Assembly: GCF_009914755.1 (NCBI RefSeq)
Contig: NC_060927.1
Reading direction: 5' to 3' (one strand)
Length of the DNA: 64,000 nt
Source of the DNA: the human T2T-CHM13v2.0 reference genome, Homo sapiens
The notes beneath the pieces were generated by a model that worked only from the letters and a program-made list of their open reading frames with translations, searched no databases and had not been told where the DNA came from. The translations under genes and the position numbers were made by a program. Below are positions 11,771 through 25,170 of this stretch, in pieces (within the stretch, counting starts at the first letter, position 1; each line of letters begins with the position of its first letter).

Positions 11771-14700
11771 CTATGTATCAGGGAGTTGGTTGGCCAGTAT
11801 GGAATATGAATAATCTTGAGAGATATTTGTTAGAGTTTTGATGAAGACTTGTAAATTCCCCCTGTTCCTTAGAAAGAGTGCTGTGAAAACACTACCAAAC
11901 TCTTGTTCTTTTTACTTTTACTTTTCTTTTCTGGGTCTATACAGACATCTTTATAGTTAATTGACTTTTTAGTAAAGAGTAACTGATTAAACTCATAGCC
12001 TTTGTTTAGGCTCCACCTGATTCTGCCTTCTTAGTTTACCTTTTGAATGAAACTGAGTGTCTCCAAACATTTTCAGGCATATATTTATAGTCAACTCTTG
12101 TGGCTATTTTGACAGGTGGTTGACCTCATTCATTATGTATTGAATCTTACTATTCTCACCTTTAGTATAATCTTATTTCTACATTTTTGGGACACATCAC
12201 TGAAACCTTCTGTGTTCCATACGAGACCTGTACCAGATATCTCTGCAGCCAAAGAGAAGTTTTTTTTTTATTTTTATTTTTTCATGAGCTAACACAAGGC
12301 TTGCACAAAACTCAGCAGCAAGTAATTCCTTTCTTGTCCAGTATGAAAAAGTGCTGTCTTTGTCATAAAGCAAAAAGAGACAATGAAAGGTTAGGTTCTT
12401 ATTGCCCCATCTCATTATTGTTAATGCAAAACTAGACTAATTTGCTTGTGGTTATGGAAATACCTCCTTTAACCTTGGTGACTGAATCAGAAAGAATTTG
12501 TTTTGGAGATGGGCATTGCTTAACAGCATTTGGCATTTGCTCAGGCTGAGCATTCATCGTGAGAGTAAGAGCCTTCTTTCCTTCTTTAGTGTAGTAATCT
12601 CTGCAGAAATATCACATGAAATATGGTGCAGAAAACCTTCAGCATAGTGGCTGGGATAGAGGCAGTGTGCTTTGAGTAAGGCTCTTCAGTTGGGGCCTGC
12701 ATTTTCTCTGGAGCCAAGATACTTCTGACCTCAGCAAATGGCTTAACTGCTCTGATAAAAAGTGGATGATAATGATAACACTTCCTTCTTTTCAGATCCA
12801 TAAGAAGAAGAGATTTTTTTGTTTTTGTTTTTGTTTTTGTTTCATCTCCTGCTGTATGCTTGGTCTCTAAAAGTGACTGGCAGAGGGAAGACAATAAATA
12901 TTTGTTGTTGAATGAATGAAGTGTTATGATGAGGGTTAACTGACATTATAATGCAAAGCTCTTGGACCAAGACCTGACTTATCATAGGCCCTCGAAAGAT
13001 ATTCCTTCCAAAAACAATGACAGCAAAAACAAAATAAATGCTTCATACTCAATAAAGTGTCTGGTGATGGGTTTATAGGAAATTTAGTAATTTTAATATT
13101 AAAAACTACCATTTACATCATCTGATTATTTATTCGCCAAATATGTATCAAGCAATCACTAAATACCATGCATTATTGCAGGTCTTGGAGATTTAGAGGT
13201 AAACAAAAATAGCCACAAGTAAAAGCTGTCCACCTATAAAACTTTCTGCCCAGCCTAGCGCAGGTTAGAGTTCCCATATGTCTATCAGTGATCAATAGCT
13301 GTGGGAGAAGAAACCTGTAGAACACTGAAAAAAATAAAGCATTCAGATCATTAACTTTTTTATTAATCTTTTGCCATTTGTGGATCTGTCAGCTTCTCTA
13401 AAACTCTTGAGATACAAAAGCATTATCTCTGAGACAAGAGATAATTCCCAAGCTCTCCTCTTGATTGCCCACGTTTGCCTGAGAGAATTTCTCAACCAGT
13501 TGTTTCAGGTTATAGACATAATTGGCTATTAGTCATTGCAGTGCCATTGTTCATTGACATACCTCTCAGCATCATCTCTCACCCATCTGCAAAGCAAGGT
13601 CCTGGTTTCTGATTAATCTTTGGCTGGTCATTGAGGATACTGAAGCAGCTCCTGGTTAATTAGACCATTTTGTCTCTAACCTCATCCATTCTCTGGATGT
13701 AATAATAGGGATAGAGGTGGCAGCAATTGTAAGCACAGCCCTGAAAACTTGCTAATCGGCCTTTGTGATTTGCCAGGGGTGCCATTGTTTAAATTGTTAA
13801 AGCCAAATTGTTGTGAGAGGCAGTAAGTGGGCATTTTTATCTCCAAGTCAATTACACACATTTAGTGAAACCTAAGGAGCTCATAAATTAAAAGTAAATA
13901 AGTAAATAGGAAAGCAGCATCTACAACACTTAGTGATGTAAGTCACACACATACACACCACATACAGGGTGATAAAATAGCAAAATGTGCACTTATGTGG
14001 AGAGGAAGCCCACGTAGTGATAAGGGGTGAGGGCTCCTGAGTTTACCAGCTGTGTGAACCTGGGCAAGTAACCGCTCTCTGAACCTTCTTATCTGTTAAA
14101 TGGAAGTAATATTAAAGCCTACAGGGACATCAAAAGGATTAAATTACATTAATATTTTATGTTATTTCATTAAATAAGATTTTATAAACTATCTCAAAGT
14201 CTGCTCTATTACGTGTGCTAATTATCTGGTAGTTACTATTATTCTAGAAAAGCATCCTATCCCCCCTAACTCATGCAAAGAAACAATGAACGTTTCCAAT
14301 ACTTCACATTAAAAAAATTACTTTTACAGTATCCACAGGAAATCAGGTAAAAAGCAAAGACAGACAAGCTTAGCTCTTTCCACTGGACTTTGTGAGATGT
14401 GTCTAGTTGTACTAGAGTTCAGGCGAGCATTCTAAGAGATGCTGGAGGGCAGAAAATGAAGTGAACTTCATTCTATGAAGCACTTGAGACTTGTCTTTCC
14501 CAGTATTTCCCCATCATCTCTCAAAGAACTGCCTATTAATAAAAAACAAACAAAAAAAACTTATTCCTTGGTATGCTACCAAAAAAAATATTCTTCATTC
14601 AAGTAAGTTTGGAAACCACTGAGTATTACATTTCCCTGTGAAGAATCATAATCATTATTTTGGTGTTAAAAGGCCTGAGAAATCAGGAAAAGCTCTAATA

Positions 14701-14800
14701 AAAGGAATAAAAAGAATAGCTTTGAATCCTTTAACCTAATTTTTCAAAAATACCCCACACAACATGTGTTACCACACAAATTGCATTTTGAAAAAATGCT

Positions 14801-15108
14801 GGCCAGGCACAGTGGCTCATGCCTGTAATCTCAGGGCTTTGGGTGGCCAAGGCAGGTGGATCACCTGAGGTTAGGGATTCGAGACCAACCTGACCAACAT
14901 GGTGAAACCCGATCTCTACTAAAAATACAAAATTAGCCAGTCATGGGGGTGCATGCTTGTAATCCCTGCTATTCAGGAGGCTGAGGCAGGAGAATTGCTT
15001 GAGCCCGGGAGATGGAGTTTGCAGTGAGCCAAGGTTGCAACATTGCACTCCAGCCTGGGCAACAAGAACGAAACTGTCTCAAACAAAAAAAAAAAGAAAG
15101 AAAGAAAA
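14801..15108 (+). mobile_element. AluS (Sq/Sp-like) with TSD
   Basis: Full dimer; TSD gaaaaaatgct at 14790-14800 and 15109-15119. Confidence 0.95.
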
Positions 15109-15126
15109 GAAAAAATGCTGAGCTAC

Positions 15127-15908
15127 AACATAGTAGGTTGAAGAGTGTCCTCCAAAGCATCCGCACCCACTCAGAAACTAAGAGTGCGATCTTATTTAGA
15201 AACAGAGTCTTCGCATATGTAATTTGTTAAAAATCTTGTAATTTGTTAAAACCTGGATTTTGACTGGGCCTTAAATTCAGTGGCTGATGTCTCTATGAGA
15301 AAAGAATAGGACACACAGATTCAGAGAAGATGGTGACGTGAAGATGGAGACAGAGATTGAAATCATGCATCTACAAGTCAAACAATGCCAAGGATTGCTG
15401 GCAACCACCAAAAGAAACCAGAACGTCATGGGATGGTTTTTCCTTCAGAGCCTCCAGAAGGAACCAACCCTGCTGACACCTCGGTTTCAGGCTGTAGACT
15501 TCTAGACTCCTGAACCATGAGAGACAATATATGCTTTTTTTTTTTTTTTTTTTTTCCTGAGACAAGGTCTCCCTCTGTCACTCAGTCTGGAGAGCAGTGA
15601 CACCATCACAGCTCTCTGCTGCCTCAGCCACCTCAGGTCCAGGTGATTCTCTCACCTCAGCCTCCCTAGTAGCTGGGACTACAGGTGTATGCCACCATGC
15701 CCAGCTAATTTTTGTAATTTTTATAGAGACAGGGTCTCACCATGTTGCCAAAGCTGGTCTCAAACTCCTAGGCTCAAGCAGTCCCCCCACCTTGGCCCCC
15801 CAAAGTGCTGGAATTACAGGTGTGAGCCACCACACCCAGCCAAATTTGTTGTTTTAAGCCACCTAGTTTGCCAAAATTGGTTGCAGCAGCACTAGGAAAC
15901 TAATTCAT
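15127..15908 (+). mobile_element. MaLR LTR (MLT1B/C-like) interrupted by an Alu
   Basis: ttatttagaaacagagtcttcgcatatgtaat ... gccaaggattgctggcaaccacca ... ttgttttaagccacctagttt ... ctaggaaactaattca. Confidence 0.8.
15535..15841 (-). mobile_element. AluJ
   Basis: Poly-T followed by antisense Alu with J-like ggctcaagcagtcc. Confidence 0.9.
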
Positions 15909-16430
15909 ATTTAGTATTTTTAAATGGCTATTTGAAATGTAAAAAAAAATGCCATGAAATATATTGCAATTAAAAACTTTGTTCTCTCTGCTGCCTATTT
16001 GTTTTGGTTCCATTTTTTGGCAATTTGAGGTAGAGGAATTGGAACACAGACGGGAGGAGATAAGAAGCACTCTCTGCTAAGTGAGTGATTAAGAGCTCAC
16101 TCATGGCTCAAAAGGAAACTCTCCATTATATTTTCTATTATCACTTGTGTTCTTGTCAATATAAGTACTTGCCACTTGTGAATCATTTTGGCGTTTGCAA
16201 AAACTTTCTTAAACAGTCAATTTCTTCCATTCTACCACCAAAAGAAACAAATAAAATAAACAATAGACAAATGCAATAGCAATGTTTACTAAAATTAAGT
16301 TTTTCACTCTGCTTAGCTTTGAAATCTGTATGGAAAATTAAGATAAAGGCCTACATTTTCATAGATAAAGCGGTAGAAAACTTTGTTTTTAGACATATAT
16401 ATATGTCTTTTTTTTAGACATATATATATA

Positions 16431-16696
16431 TTTTTTAAGATGAAGTCTTGCTCTGTTGCTGAGGCTGTCACTGCAATGTTCACCTCCTGGGTTTAAGTGA
16501 CTCTCCTGCTTCAGTCTCATGAGTAGGTGGGATTACAAGTGTGTGCCACCACGCCTGGCTAATTTTTGTACCGTTAGTAGAGATGGGGTTTCACCATGTT
16601 GACCAGACTGGTCTCGAACTCCTTGCCTCAAGATATCTGCCCTCCTCAGCTTCCCAAACTGCCAGGACTACAGGCGTAAGCCACCGTGCCTGGCTC
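16431..16696 (-). mobile_element. AluS with an internal deletion in the right arm
   Basis: Antisense Alu; the segment between gaggctg and tcactgcaa is missing. Confidence 0.9.
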
Positions 16697-17269
16697 AGCA
16701 TGTATTTTTAATTCAGCTCTTTGGAGAGCTGCATCTACTGAGCACTGCGTGGGCTTAGTCTCACTGTGTAGTTGAATCTTGGTGGATGGAGGCCATCTGT
16801 GGTACCTCTAAAGCTACAGTAAGAACAGCCAATGCCATGGCATCAAAGGAAGCCAGAGGCATTTGGACCTTTTGGGGTCTGGCAGGCAAATAAAGAAAAG
16901 ACTAGATTTGGCCTGAGTCTAGTTTCTTCTCATCTGGACACTAGCTCATAGCTCATAACTGGGCTCTCTTTTTTAAGCTCCATAAATGCAAGCATGACAT
17001 GCATATGTGTATACAGAATTTGGACATGTTTTCCAAATTGTAAATGTGATCACAGCCTTAAGTAAAATTTATGTCTCCCAAAGCCCTCAGGATTAGTTCC
17101 TCATTCTTTAAGGAGGCTCAAAATAACTTCATGTCACTTTGGTTATCTCTCTAGCCCCATTTCTTGTCAACTTTTTCCTTAAGAAGAATAACTTGACTTC
17201 TCTAAATACTCCTTTATTTCTCTCAGGGCATATGCATTTACTTACCCTATACTCTTTCTTCTTTCTTTC

Positions 17270-17637
<368 letters not shown>

Positions 17638-18613
17638 TAAAAGAATCCATTTGCTCTTTTTTTCCCTATGATTGGGTTAGCATCATGGCTTCCAATGTTT
17701 GACTGAATGGTTTTAAATTCTACCCTCCATGAAACGGGAAAATTAGCTTTTTTTTCTCATGGAGTTTTGTTGAGATTTGAATCAGATAATAAATGCCAAG
17801 TTACTACATATAACAGAGAGTTGTCAAAAATATCATCATCACTCTCATTTTTCATATCCCAGCTTAACTATCATTGGAACTGAAAAACACTCCCTGAACC
17901 TCACAAGATTCGATTAGATAAAATTAGCTGTAACTATTAGAACAACCCCAACATCAATTCCCTTATATCCAGTAGTTCCACTTCTAGAAAAGTTTGCTAA
18001 GAAAGTAATTCTAAATTTAGGAAAAACTTTTATTATTGCATTATTTATAATAGAAAACAAAAATATGGAGCTACCCAAACATTTTCACTTCATTTAGACT
18101 TATCAGTCTTGTGATGGATTGTTAGGGACCTTCTGAATCATATTATTCCATTAAAAATAAAAATTCACAAGGACAAATTAATAGCATAGAAATTCCTATG
18201 TTATATTGTTAACCGAATAACAGCAGGGATTAAAAATTGATGGGATAGTATAGAAAAAAAAATCCTGGAATTACAGGTGCAAATATCTTAACAGAATTAT
18301 TTTGTAATGTAATAATTGGGTATTTTTTCTCTATTTTTCTGAGTCTTGCAAATATTCCATAATAAGCATCCATTACATTTATAATGGCATAAAATAATAA
18401 CCTTAATCTTTAAAAAATGCTAGTGGAGTAAATGAAACTTTTCCTGCATTTTCTTGCCAGTTCATGTCGCTGGGGAGTGTCACTTATTTCTCTTGTCTGT
18501 TTCCCTATGGTGAAAAACATAGAAACATGTTGATAAAGAACACAAAGAAAGAATGCATGACTAGGAATGAGGAGAAGGAAAAGCTTCATGCATACTCAGC
18601 TGTAACATGTTTG

Positions 18614-18942
18614 GGCCGGGCGCGGTGGCTCACGCCTGTAATCCCAGCACTTCGGGAGGCCGAGGCGGGCGGATCACGAGCTCAGGAGATCGAGACCATC
18701 CTGGCTAACACGGTGAAACCCCGTCTCTACTAAAAATACAAGAAATCAGCCGGGCGTGGTGGCGGGCGCCTGTAGTCCCAGCTACTCGGGAGGCTGAGGC
18801 GGGAGAATGGCGGGAACCCCGGGGGGCGGAGCTTGCAGTGAGCCAAGATGGCGCCACCGCCCTCCAGCCTGGGCGACAGAGCCAGACTCCGTCTCAAAAA
18901 ATAAATAAATAAATAAATAAATACAAATAAAATAAAATAAAA
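18614..18942 (+). mobile_element. Young AluY (Ye-lineage-like), CpGs nearly all intact
   Basis: Near-consensus AluY; gaaccccggggggcgg variant; (AAAT)n tail; no clear TSD. Confidence 0.95.
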
Positions 18943-19583
18943 TTTTTACAAAGTCAATGTAACAACTCAGGGAAACTATTTGTCTTCAAACATTGAAGTA
19001 AGAAAGACAGGAACCCAAATTCAGAACCAGCTGAACCTTGAAGGAATAAACAGTAAATGTCAAGGGCTTTTCTCACACAGGGAATGAACCGGTTTTCCTG
19101 CTCATAAAAGAAAACAAAAATATTGAGTATGAGTCTGAAAAATATGAACTTCCTCATGTTTGTCATCTCCATAAACTATCCCTGTCATTTTATCTTTTTA
19201 CTGAGAGGAAGATAATTTAGCAAAATGAAGCACGGGCTGCTATTTCATTTTCTTATTACATATTTGAATTCAGTCTAGTATAATTATGGTGTTTATGAAG
19301 TTTAAACTGATGTAGCAAGAGAGTAATAGGAAGAATAAGTGATCATCCACTCTCAACATGATAAGGAGCATTTCTTGATAAGAAAGTTGACTTTACCAAG
19401 TACAGGAAATATGTAAGAGGTTTTATCAGACAATAATTTTAATTTATGAGATGCTTTCATTGTGCTCCACTAAGAAAATATACATTTATTTCTAAATAAG
19501 TTAGTTTTAAAGCAAAGTGAGAACAACAGTAGCAAAAATGTCTCACAGTTACAGACACAGGCAAAACAAAAACAAAAATACCT

Positions 19584-19793
19584 GCCCCCATCTGTGAGAA
19601 AAGAGCTCACAAAGAACCAGGAAATTATAAATGAGCAGATTTGCCCTTGGCTGTAGGCAAGATCCCTGAGACAGTAATAAGAAATGAGGTTACCAAACAT
19701 CCAGAGAGATATGAGCTGATAAAACTTAATCAGGCTAGTTTCACAAAGGGCAAATCTTTTCTGACGAATTTGGTGGCATTTTTGCATGGCACA
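19584..19793 (+). mobile_element. Ancient CR1/L3-class LINE reverse-transcriptase fossil
   Basis: One frame reads APICEKRAHKEPGNYK*ADLPLAVGKIPETVIRNEVTKHPERYELIKLNQASFTKGKSFLTNLVAFLHGT, matching the CR1 RT pattern PIFKKG..EDPGNYRPVSLTSVPGKIME.I....I.KHLE.....SQHGFTKGKSCLTNLVAF. Confidence 0.8.
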
Positions 19794-20116
19794 TGGGGCA
19801 GGAGAAGTACGTGACAGGAATGCGGGATAGAATTCAACTGAAGAAGGTAGAAAGCCATGGATGATACACATGAAAATGAGGTACGGTCTTAGCTTTCCGA
19901 AGAAGAGCACTTGGGAGACGTTTAGCCCAAATGCGTTGATTTCATGAAGATATTTATGTTGACAATAAACATGAAGCGTGGTTGATGGACTGGCATGCTT
20001 AGCAGTGAAACCACGGTAGCAAAATTATGTCTGTTATCATCAAATAATGCACGCTTGGGGTGCGTATGTATGTTTGCCATTCCAGATTTTTTTAGAGTAT
20101 TCTCATCAGTTATTTG

Positions 20117-20457
20117 CAGTCATGCACTGCATAATAACATTTTGGTCAATGACCGACTCCCCCCTATGAGATGGTGGTACCTTAGGATTATAATACCTTT
20201 TCTATGTATAGATATGTTTCGATACACAAATACTCCCCATTGTGTTACAGTTGTCTGCAGTACTCAGTACAGTAACATGCTGGCTGTGCAGGTTTGTAGC
20301 CTAGAAGCAATAGGCTGTGTACCATACAGCCTAGGTGTGTAGCAGGCTATACTGTCTAGGTTTGTGTAAGTGCACTCTGTGATATTCCCACAATGACAAA
20401 ATTGCCTAATGACACATTTCGCAGAATGCATTTCCATGGTTAAGCCACTCATGACTG
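20117..20457 (+). mobile_element. Tigger3a/MER7-like TcMar DNA transposon
   Basis: Terminal inverted repeats cagtcatg...catgactg followed by TA; internal ccatacagcctaggtgtgtagcaggctatac. Confidence 0.85.
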
Positions 20458-21194
20458 TATTTACTTTTTCCAAATGTTTATGTTATTAGTATATATAGAG
20501 AGAGCCAATGACATTTCAGAGAGACACACTCTTATCTCAAAGAGGAACCAATGGGCCACACTGCAATATCTCAATGATAATAATAGGTTTTACAGCATTT
20601 CTAGCATCTTTACTCTGAGACATTTTTAAAAAACGCTTTTAGTTGTTTTGTGTACTTGACAGTAGGCTGTTATTTTTCAAAGGTTAATGTTGAAGTGTTC
20701 TAAAATTGGGAAAGTAATAGGGTCAAATACCCAGAAGTTCAAAAGAAAGAATCTGAGTTTCCTGCTTAGTTGGTCCCTCAGCGTCAATGTACAAATAGGC
20801 TTGTCTCTTTCATCTTAAAAAGATAAATAATCCAAACTGAAATACATACATACAAACAATTTCTCTACCTCCTGCTGTTGTTTCTGCTCACCTCTCCCTT
20901 CTCTTTGCTGTCTGACTTCTTTATAGAGCAACCTGTACACCATTCCATAGTTTTATTTCAGTCCTCAGTTTATCTCAAGCTTGGCCTTTATGTCTCAATT
21001 CATCTTGATTTGAGAGTGAAATTTCTCCCAAAGAAGAAACAAGGACTTTCTGATGATCAACATTAGTGCCTTATTGCTGTTGCTCTTGTTTTTCACGGTT
21101 ACTCTCTAACATATATAACTCTTAACATGTGTAACCAATATAACTCTTAATTACATCCTCCTTGTTAAAAACTCTCCTGTTTTGGCCTCCCATA

Positions 21195-21703
21195 TGATGG
21201 ATGGGGTAGGCAGAATAATGGCCCCCAAGATGTCAATATTCTAATCCCTGGAACATGTGAATCTGTTAGATTACAAGACAAAGGGAAATTACGGTTAAAA
21301 ATGGAATTGAGGTTGCTAATAAAGAGATTATTTTGGATTAGCTGGGGAGGCCTTTGAAGTAGAAGAGGGAGGTAGAAAAAGGGCCAGAGGAAAATGTAAC
21401 TATGGAGGAATAGTAGAGTAATTTAATGTGAGAAGGACTCAACATGCTGTTCCTGATTTTAAAGATAGAGAAAGGTGTCCACAATCCGAGGAACGTGGGC
21501 AGTCTCTAGAAGTCGTATAAGGCAAGGAAACAGATTTCACTCCAGAGCCTCTAGGAAATGCAGCCCTGATGACATCTTGATTTGAGCTCACTGAGACCCA
21601 TTTTGGAATTCAAACCTACAGAACTATAAGATAGTAAAATTGTGTTGTTTTACACCATTGAGTTCGAGGTAATTTGTTACGGCAACAATAGAAAAATAGT
21701 ACA
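21195..21703 (+). mobile_element. MaLR solo LTR (MLT1D-like)
   Basis: ggtaggcagaataatggcccccaagatgtc ... aaggcaaggaaacagatt ... aatttgttacggcaacaatagaaaaatagtaca. Confidence 0.85.
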
Positions 21704-22449
21704 ATGGTGTTCTGGCAAAATAGTCTCAACTTCTCATGCAGATCTTCCTCAGAACATTGGGCTGTTTTCTTTCTTTTGTCAATTCCCTAGATGTTGACAG
21801 TCCTTGGTTTTCATCCTTAGCTTTCTTTTTATTCAGTTCCATGCTGTTGCTGCCTTTTACAAAGCAATGCCATCAAACTCAGTCTCTTTCCCCAACCAGA
21901 TTCCTGCTTGTAGCTACCTATCTACATCTACAAGTCCCTCACAAAATCCAAATTTAACATGCTTTATGATAGTTTTTAAAAAGGCAAAATCATCAATGTC
22001 AAAGAAATGTAAATGAACACATGAAAGATTTTCTTTAACTCACTGATCAATGAAGGGACCAGTAAAATGTTGCAACTTGTTCAAAGAAGAATCCAAAGTA
22101 CCACACATGTGTAGGTGATAAGGAATGCTAAAATAAATGTATAAATAGATGCAGAACAGGCTTACCATGGGTAAATTGGATGGTATGTGAATTATATTTT
22201 AAGAAAGCTGTTACAAAAGCAAACAAGCAAAAAGTTTGGCTTATTCATTAGGGAAAAATAGGAAAAAAATCACCTGCATTTCATTGGACACAGTTTATTT
22301 GCATTTCAGTGACCAAAAATCATTTGCATTCTTAATAGTTTTCTCCTCTTTACATTGTTGCAAAGTAGTTAAGAGTCATTGAAAGGCAGGGTTAATCTTA
22401 TAATCTGCAATCTGCAAGAGTACCTACTTGCAGGGTACTCTGCAATCTT

Positions 22450-24130
22450 TCCATGTCCATATTGAAATTTTCGCAAGTTTTCCTGATATGTCCTATCACA
22501 TATCTCTAGTCCAAATACTTTCTCATTCTCCTGAAGATCATTTCACACATACATCCCTCTTAAACCTCCCATACTTCCCCTCCTATCATCTGTCTCAGCT
22601 GATGATCTTCCTACTTCCCAAGGAAATAAGAGAAAAAAACAGAAGATAATTTTAACTTGCTTTCCACCCCACATGCATCAGTGTATTTTCCATCTGTCTC
22701 CACTTACTCTGCCTTCCCTCCTGTTACTGTGGATGGAAGCTTTCTTTCTAAGGCCAACCACTGCACTGTGAACTCAGTGCCTCCCTGTCACCACCAGGGT
22801 GTCACTCAAGGTATTGTCTTCTCCCTCTCCTGTATCATCATGTTCTTATGCAACTGCATCATGCCCAGAATCATGTCAATATAATGTAGTATCCCATCTC
22901 AACCAAATGCACCATTGACCCCATGTCTTTCTGTAGTACAAACCTATTTCTCTAGACCCTTTTATGAGAAACTCCTTAGAATTTTTTCTTTTTCAAATTC
23001 ACTGTCTTCAATTCCTCTCTTTACATACTCCATATCCTCACTCCTTTCAGGATGTACACTCCACTCAGCAACTCTTGCTAGGTCCTTAGTAACCTCTTCC
23101 ACATTGCTAAATGCAGTGGAATGTTTTTTACTCATCTTATTTGCCTAGCTTCCCTATTTGTCAAAGCTGACCATTCAGCTTCTTTAATTTTAGATTCTAG
23201 TCCATCACTCTCATAGGACACTCCTACAACATTGGCTATTGTTCCTCAGTCCCTTTACTGGTTCCTCCTCACCAGTGTGATCTTTAGTTGTTGCTGTGTC
23301 TTCAGGATGGGTTTGGGGTCTTTGTTTGTTTGTTTTGCTTTGTATACACTCAATCCGATGACCTTCAAATGCATATACCTTCAGTTCATAATTATCTCCA
23401 GAACTCCAGATTCATCTATTGGATGCCACCTTAGATATTTCAGTAGAAAGTCTAACAGAAACCTCAAACTCAACATTTATAAAACCAAAGTCTTTGTCCT
23501 CCTCCCAACCCCCAGCACAAGCCAGCTGTTCTACTTGAGTGTTTTCTCTCCCCAGAAAATGGAAAACCTATCCCTCCATTTCCTTAGGCTGAATACCTGA
23601 TACTCATTCATGATTTCCAAATTTTTCTCCAACATATTACAAATCTCATTGCTTTAATATACAAAAAAAGATCTAGAATCCAATTATTATACATCTATAC
23701 CACAAATACTTTGGTCCCAGCCACCATTATTTTCCCTTAAATTATATCAATGCTTTCAGTCTCAGGGGTTTGACGCTTGCTGTTCCTCTGCCTAGAAATT
23801 TTTCTCAGTGCATGTTTTATTATCCACTTTTCTTTTGATCTCTGATCAGATGTCACCAGACCAGTGATGCCTTCCTTCACTGCCTTTTATAAAATAACAC
23901 CTGACTTCAGCATTTCTAGCTCCCTTACCCTTTATTTCTCTCCATAGCACTCACAACAATCTCATATAACTTCTGTTTGTTTGTTCATTTATCTTATGCC
24001 TCCCTCAATTAGAATACAAACGCTGTCACAGACTCAAAGTTATGTTTTGTTCATTGCTGTATTTTCAGGCTCTAAGATGGTTCTCGCACATAGTAATCCC
24101 ACAAATAAATGATTGTTCAGTAAATGAATA
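22450..24130 (+). mobile_element. L2 LINE (L2a-like), long 3' fragment
   Basis: Pyrimidine-rich L2 body (acctcaaactcaacat, ccagccaccattat, ttgctgttcctctgcctagaa) ending gcacatagta...aaataaatgattgttcagtaaatgaat. Confidence 0.75.
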
Positions 24131-24939
24131 AAAAATAAATTAAATTTATATCTCCTCTCTCATCTTCTTTCATTCTCACTGCTCCTCATCTTTCTCTTCT
24201 CCTCTTCCTTTAACAGCTAAGGACTTCAACATACATGCATTCTTCCATTCATCCCTAATAGCTAACTCAGAGTAATCTCTAATGCTGTCTTTGCCTCTTT
24301 CCTTACATCAAATCATTTATAATATTTTGTTGGTATTGTGCCTACATACTCCAAAAAAGCTCTCACATCATTCTTGTCCTCTTTATTCCTACTGACAATG
24401 CCCAATTATCTCAGTGGTTTCAAACGTTTGATAAATAATCTCCTTGATCTGTGGTTTCTCTTTCCCTATCCTTCCTCCCGTGAGTCATGGATCTAAACAT
24501 ATCATAATCTTGCTTAAAACTGAAAACACTTCCATGTTTTCTAACTGTTTACAGGTCAAATTCAAACCTCTGTCATATCATTTAAGGTCCTTCAAAACTG
24601 TTCTAAATCTGCCATTCCATCTTTTTATTTCATGACTCTCCTACCTTCCAGACTAGTTATATTCTTTTGAATGACAGGTATTTTCATATCTTTATTCAAG
24701 CTTTTCTTCTTCTTAAAACTTCCTTACTGTAACTCCTGTTTCAATGCCATTCTTATTTTCATTCTTTTACACATAGTTCAAATGTTGCCTCTTTTGGCAT
24801 TCTTCCAAAACCTCTAGGTAGAATTAATTGCTTCCTTCTCTGGGCTCCTTTAAAATTATATTTATACTTTTGGTGTAGTACTTATCCTGTAATATTGTAG
24901 TTCGTTAATTGTTTTCTTATTGGCTTCCCTTTCTGGAGT

Positions 24940-25170
24940 ATAAATCATAGTGATTTACGGTATGAGTTCTGGAGTCAGTTTGCCTAGACTCAAAATTGAG
25001 CCTCACCACCCTTTAGCTATTTGATATTGAGCAAGTTATTTCCATTCTCTAAACCTCATTTTCTCGTCTTTAAAATGGAAATATTAAAATCTGCCTCGCA
25101 GAGTTCTTGAAAGGACCAAATAAGATAATTCATATACAAGTTTAACTTGATTCCTGGCACTTACTATGCT
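24940..25170 (+). mobile_element. MIR
   Basis: ctggagtcag...gagcaagttattt...cctcattttctcgtctttaaaatgg...cctggcac. Confidence 0.65.

Noticed and set aside
19470-19910. 146-aa minus-strand ORF
   Set aside because: Antisense to the CR1 RT fossil, no recognisable domain, non-ATG start.
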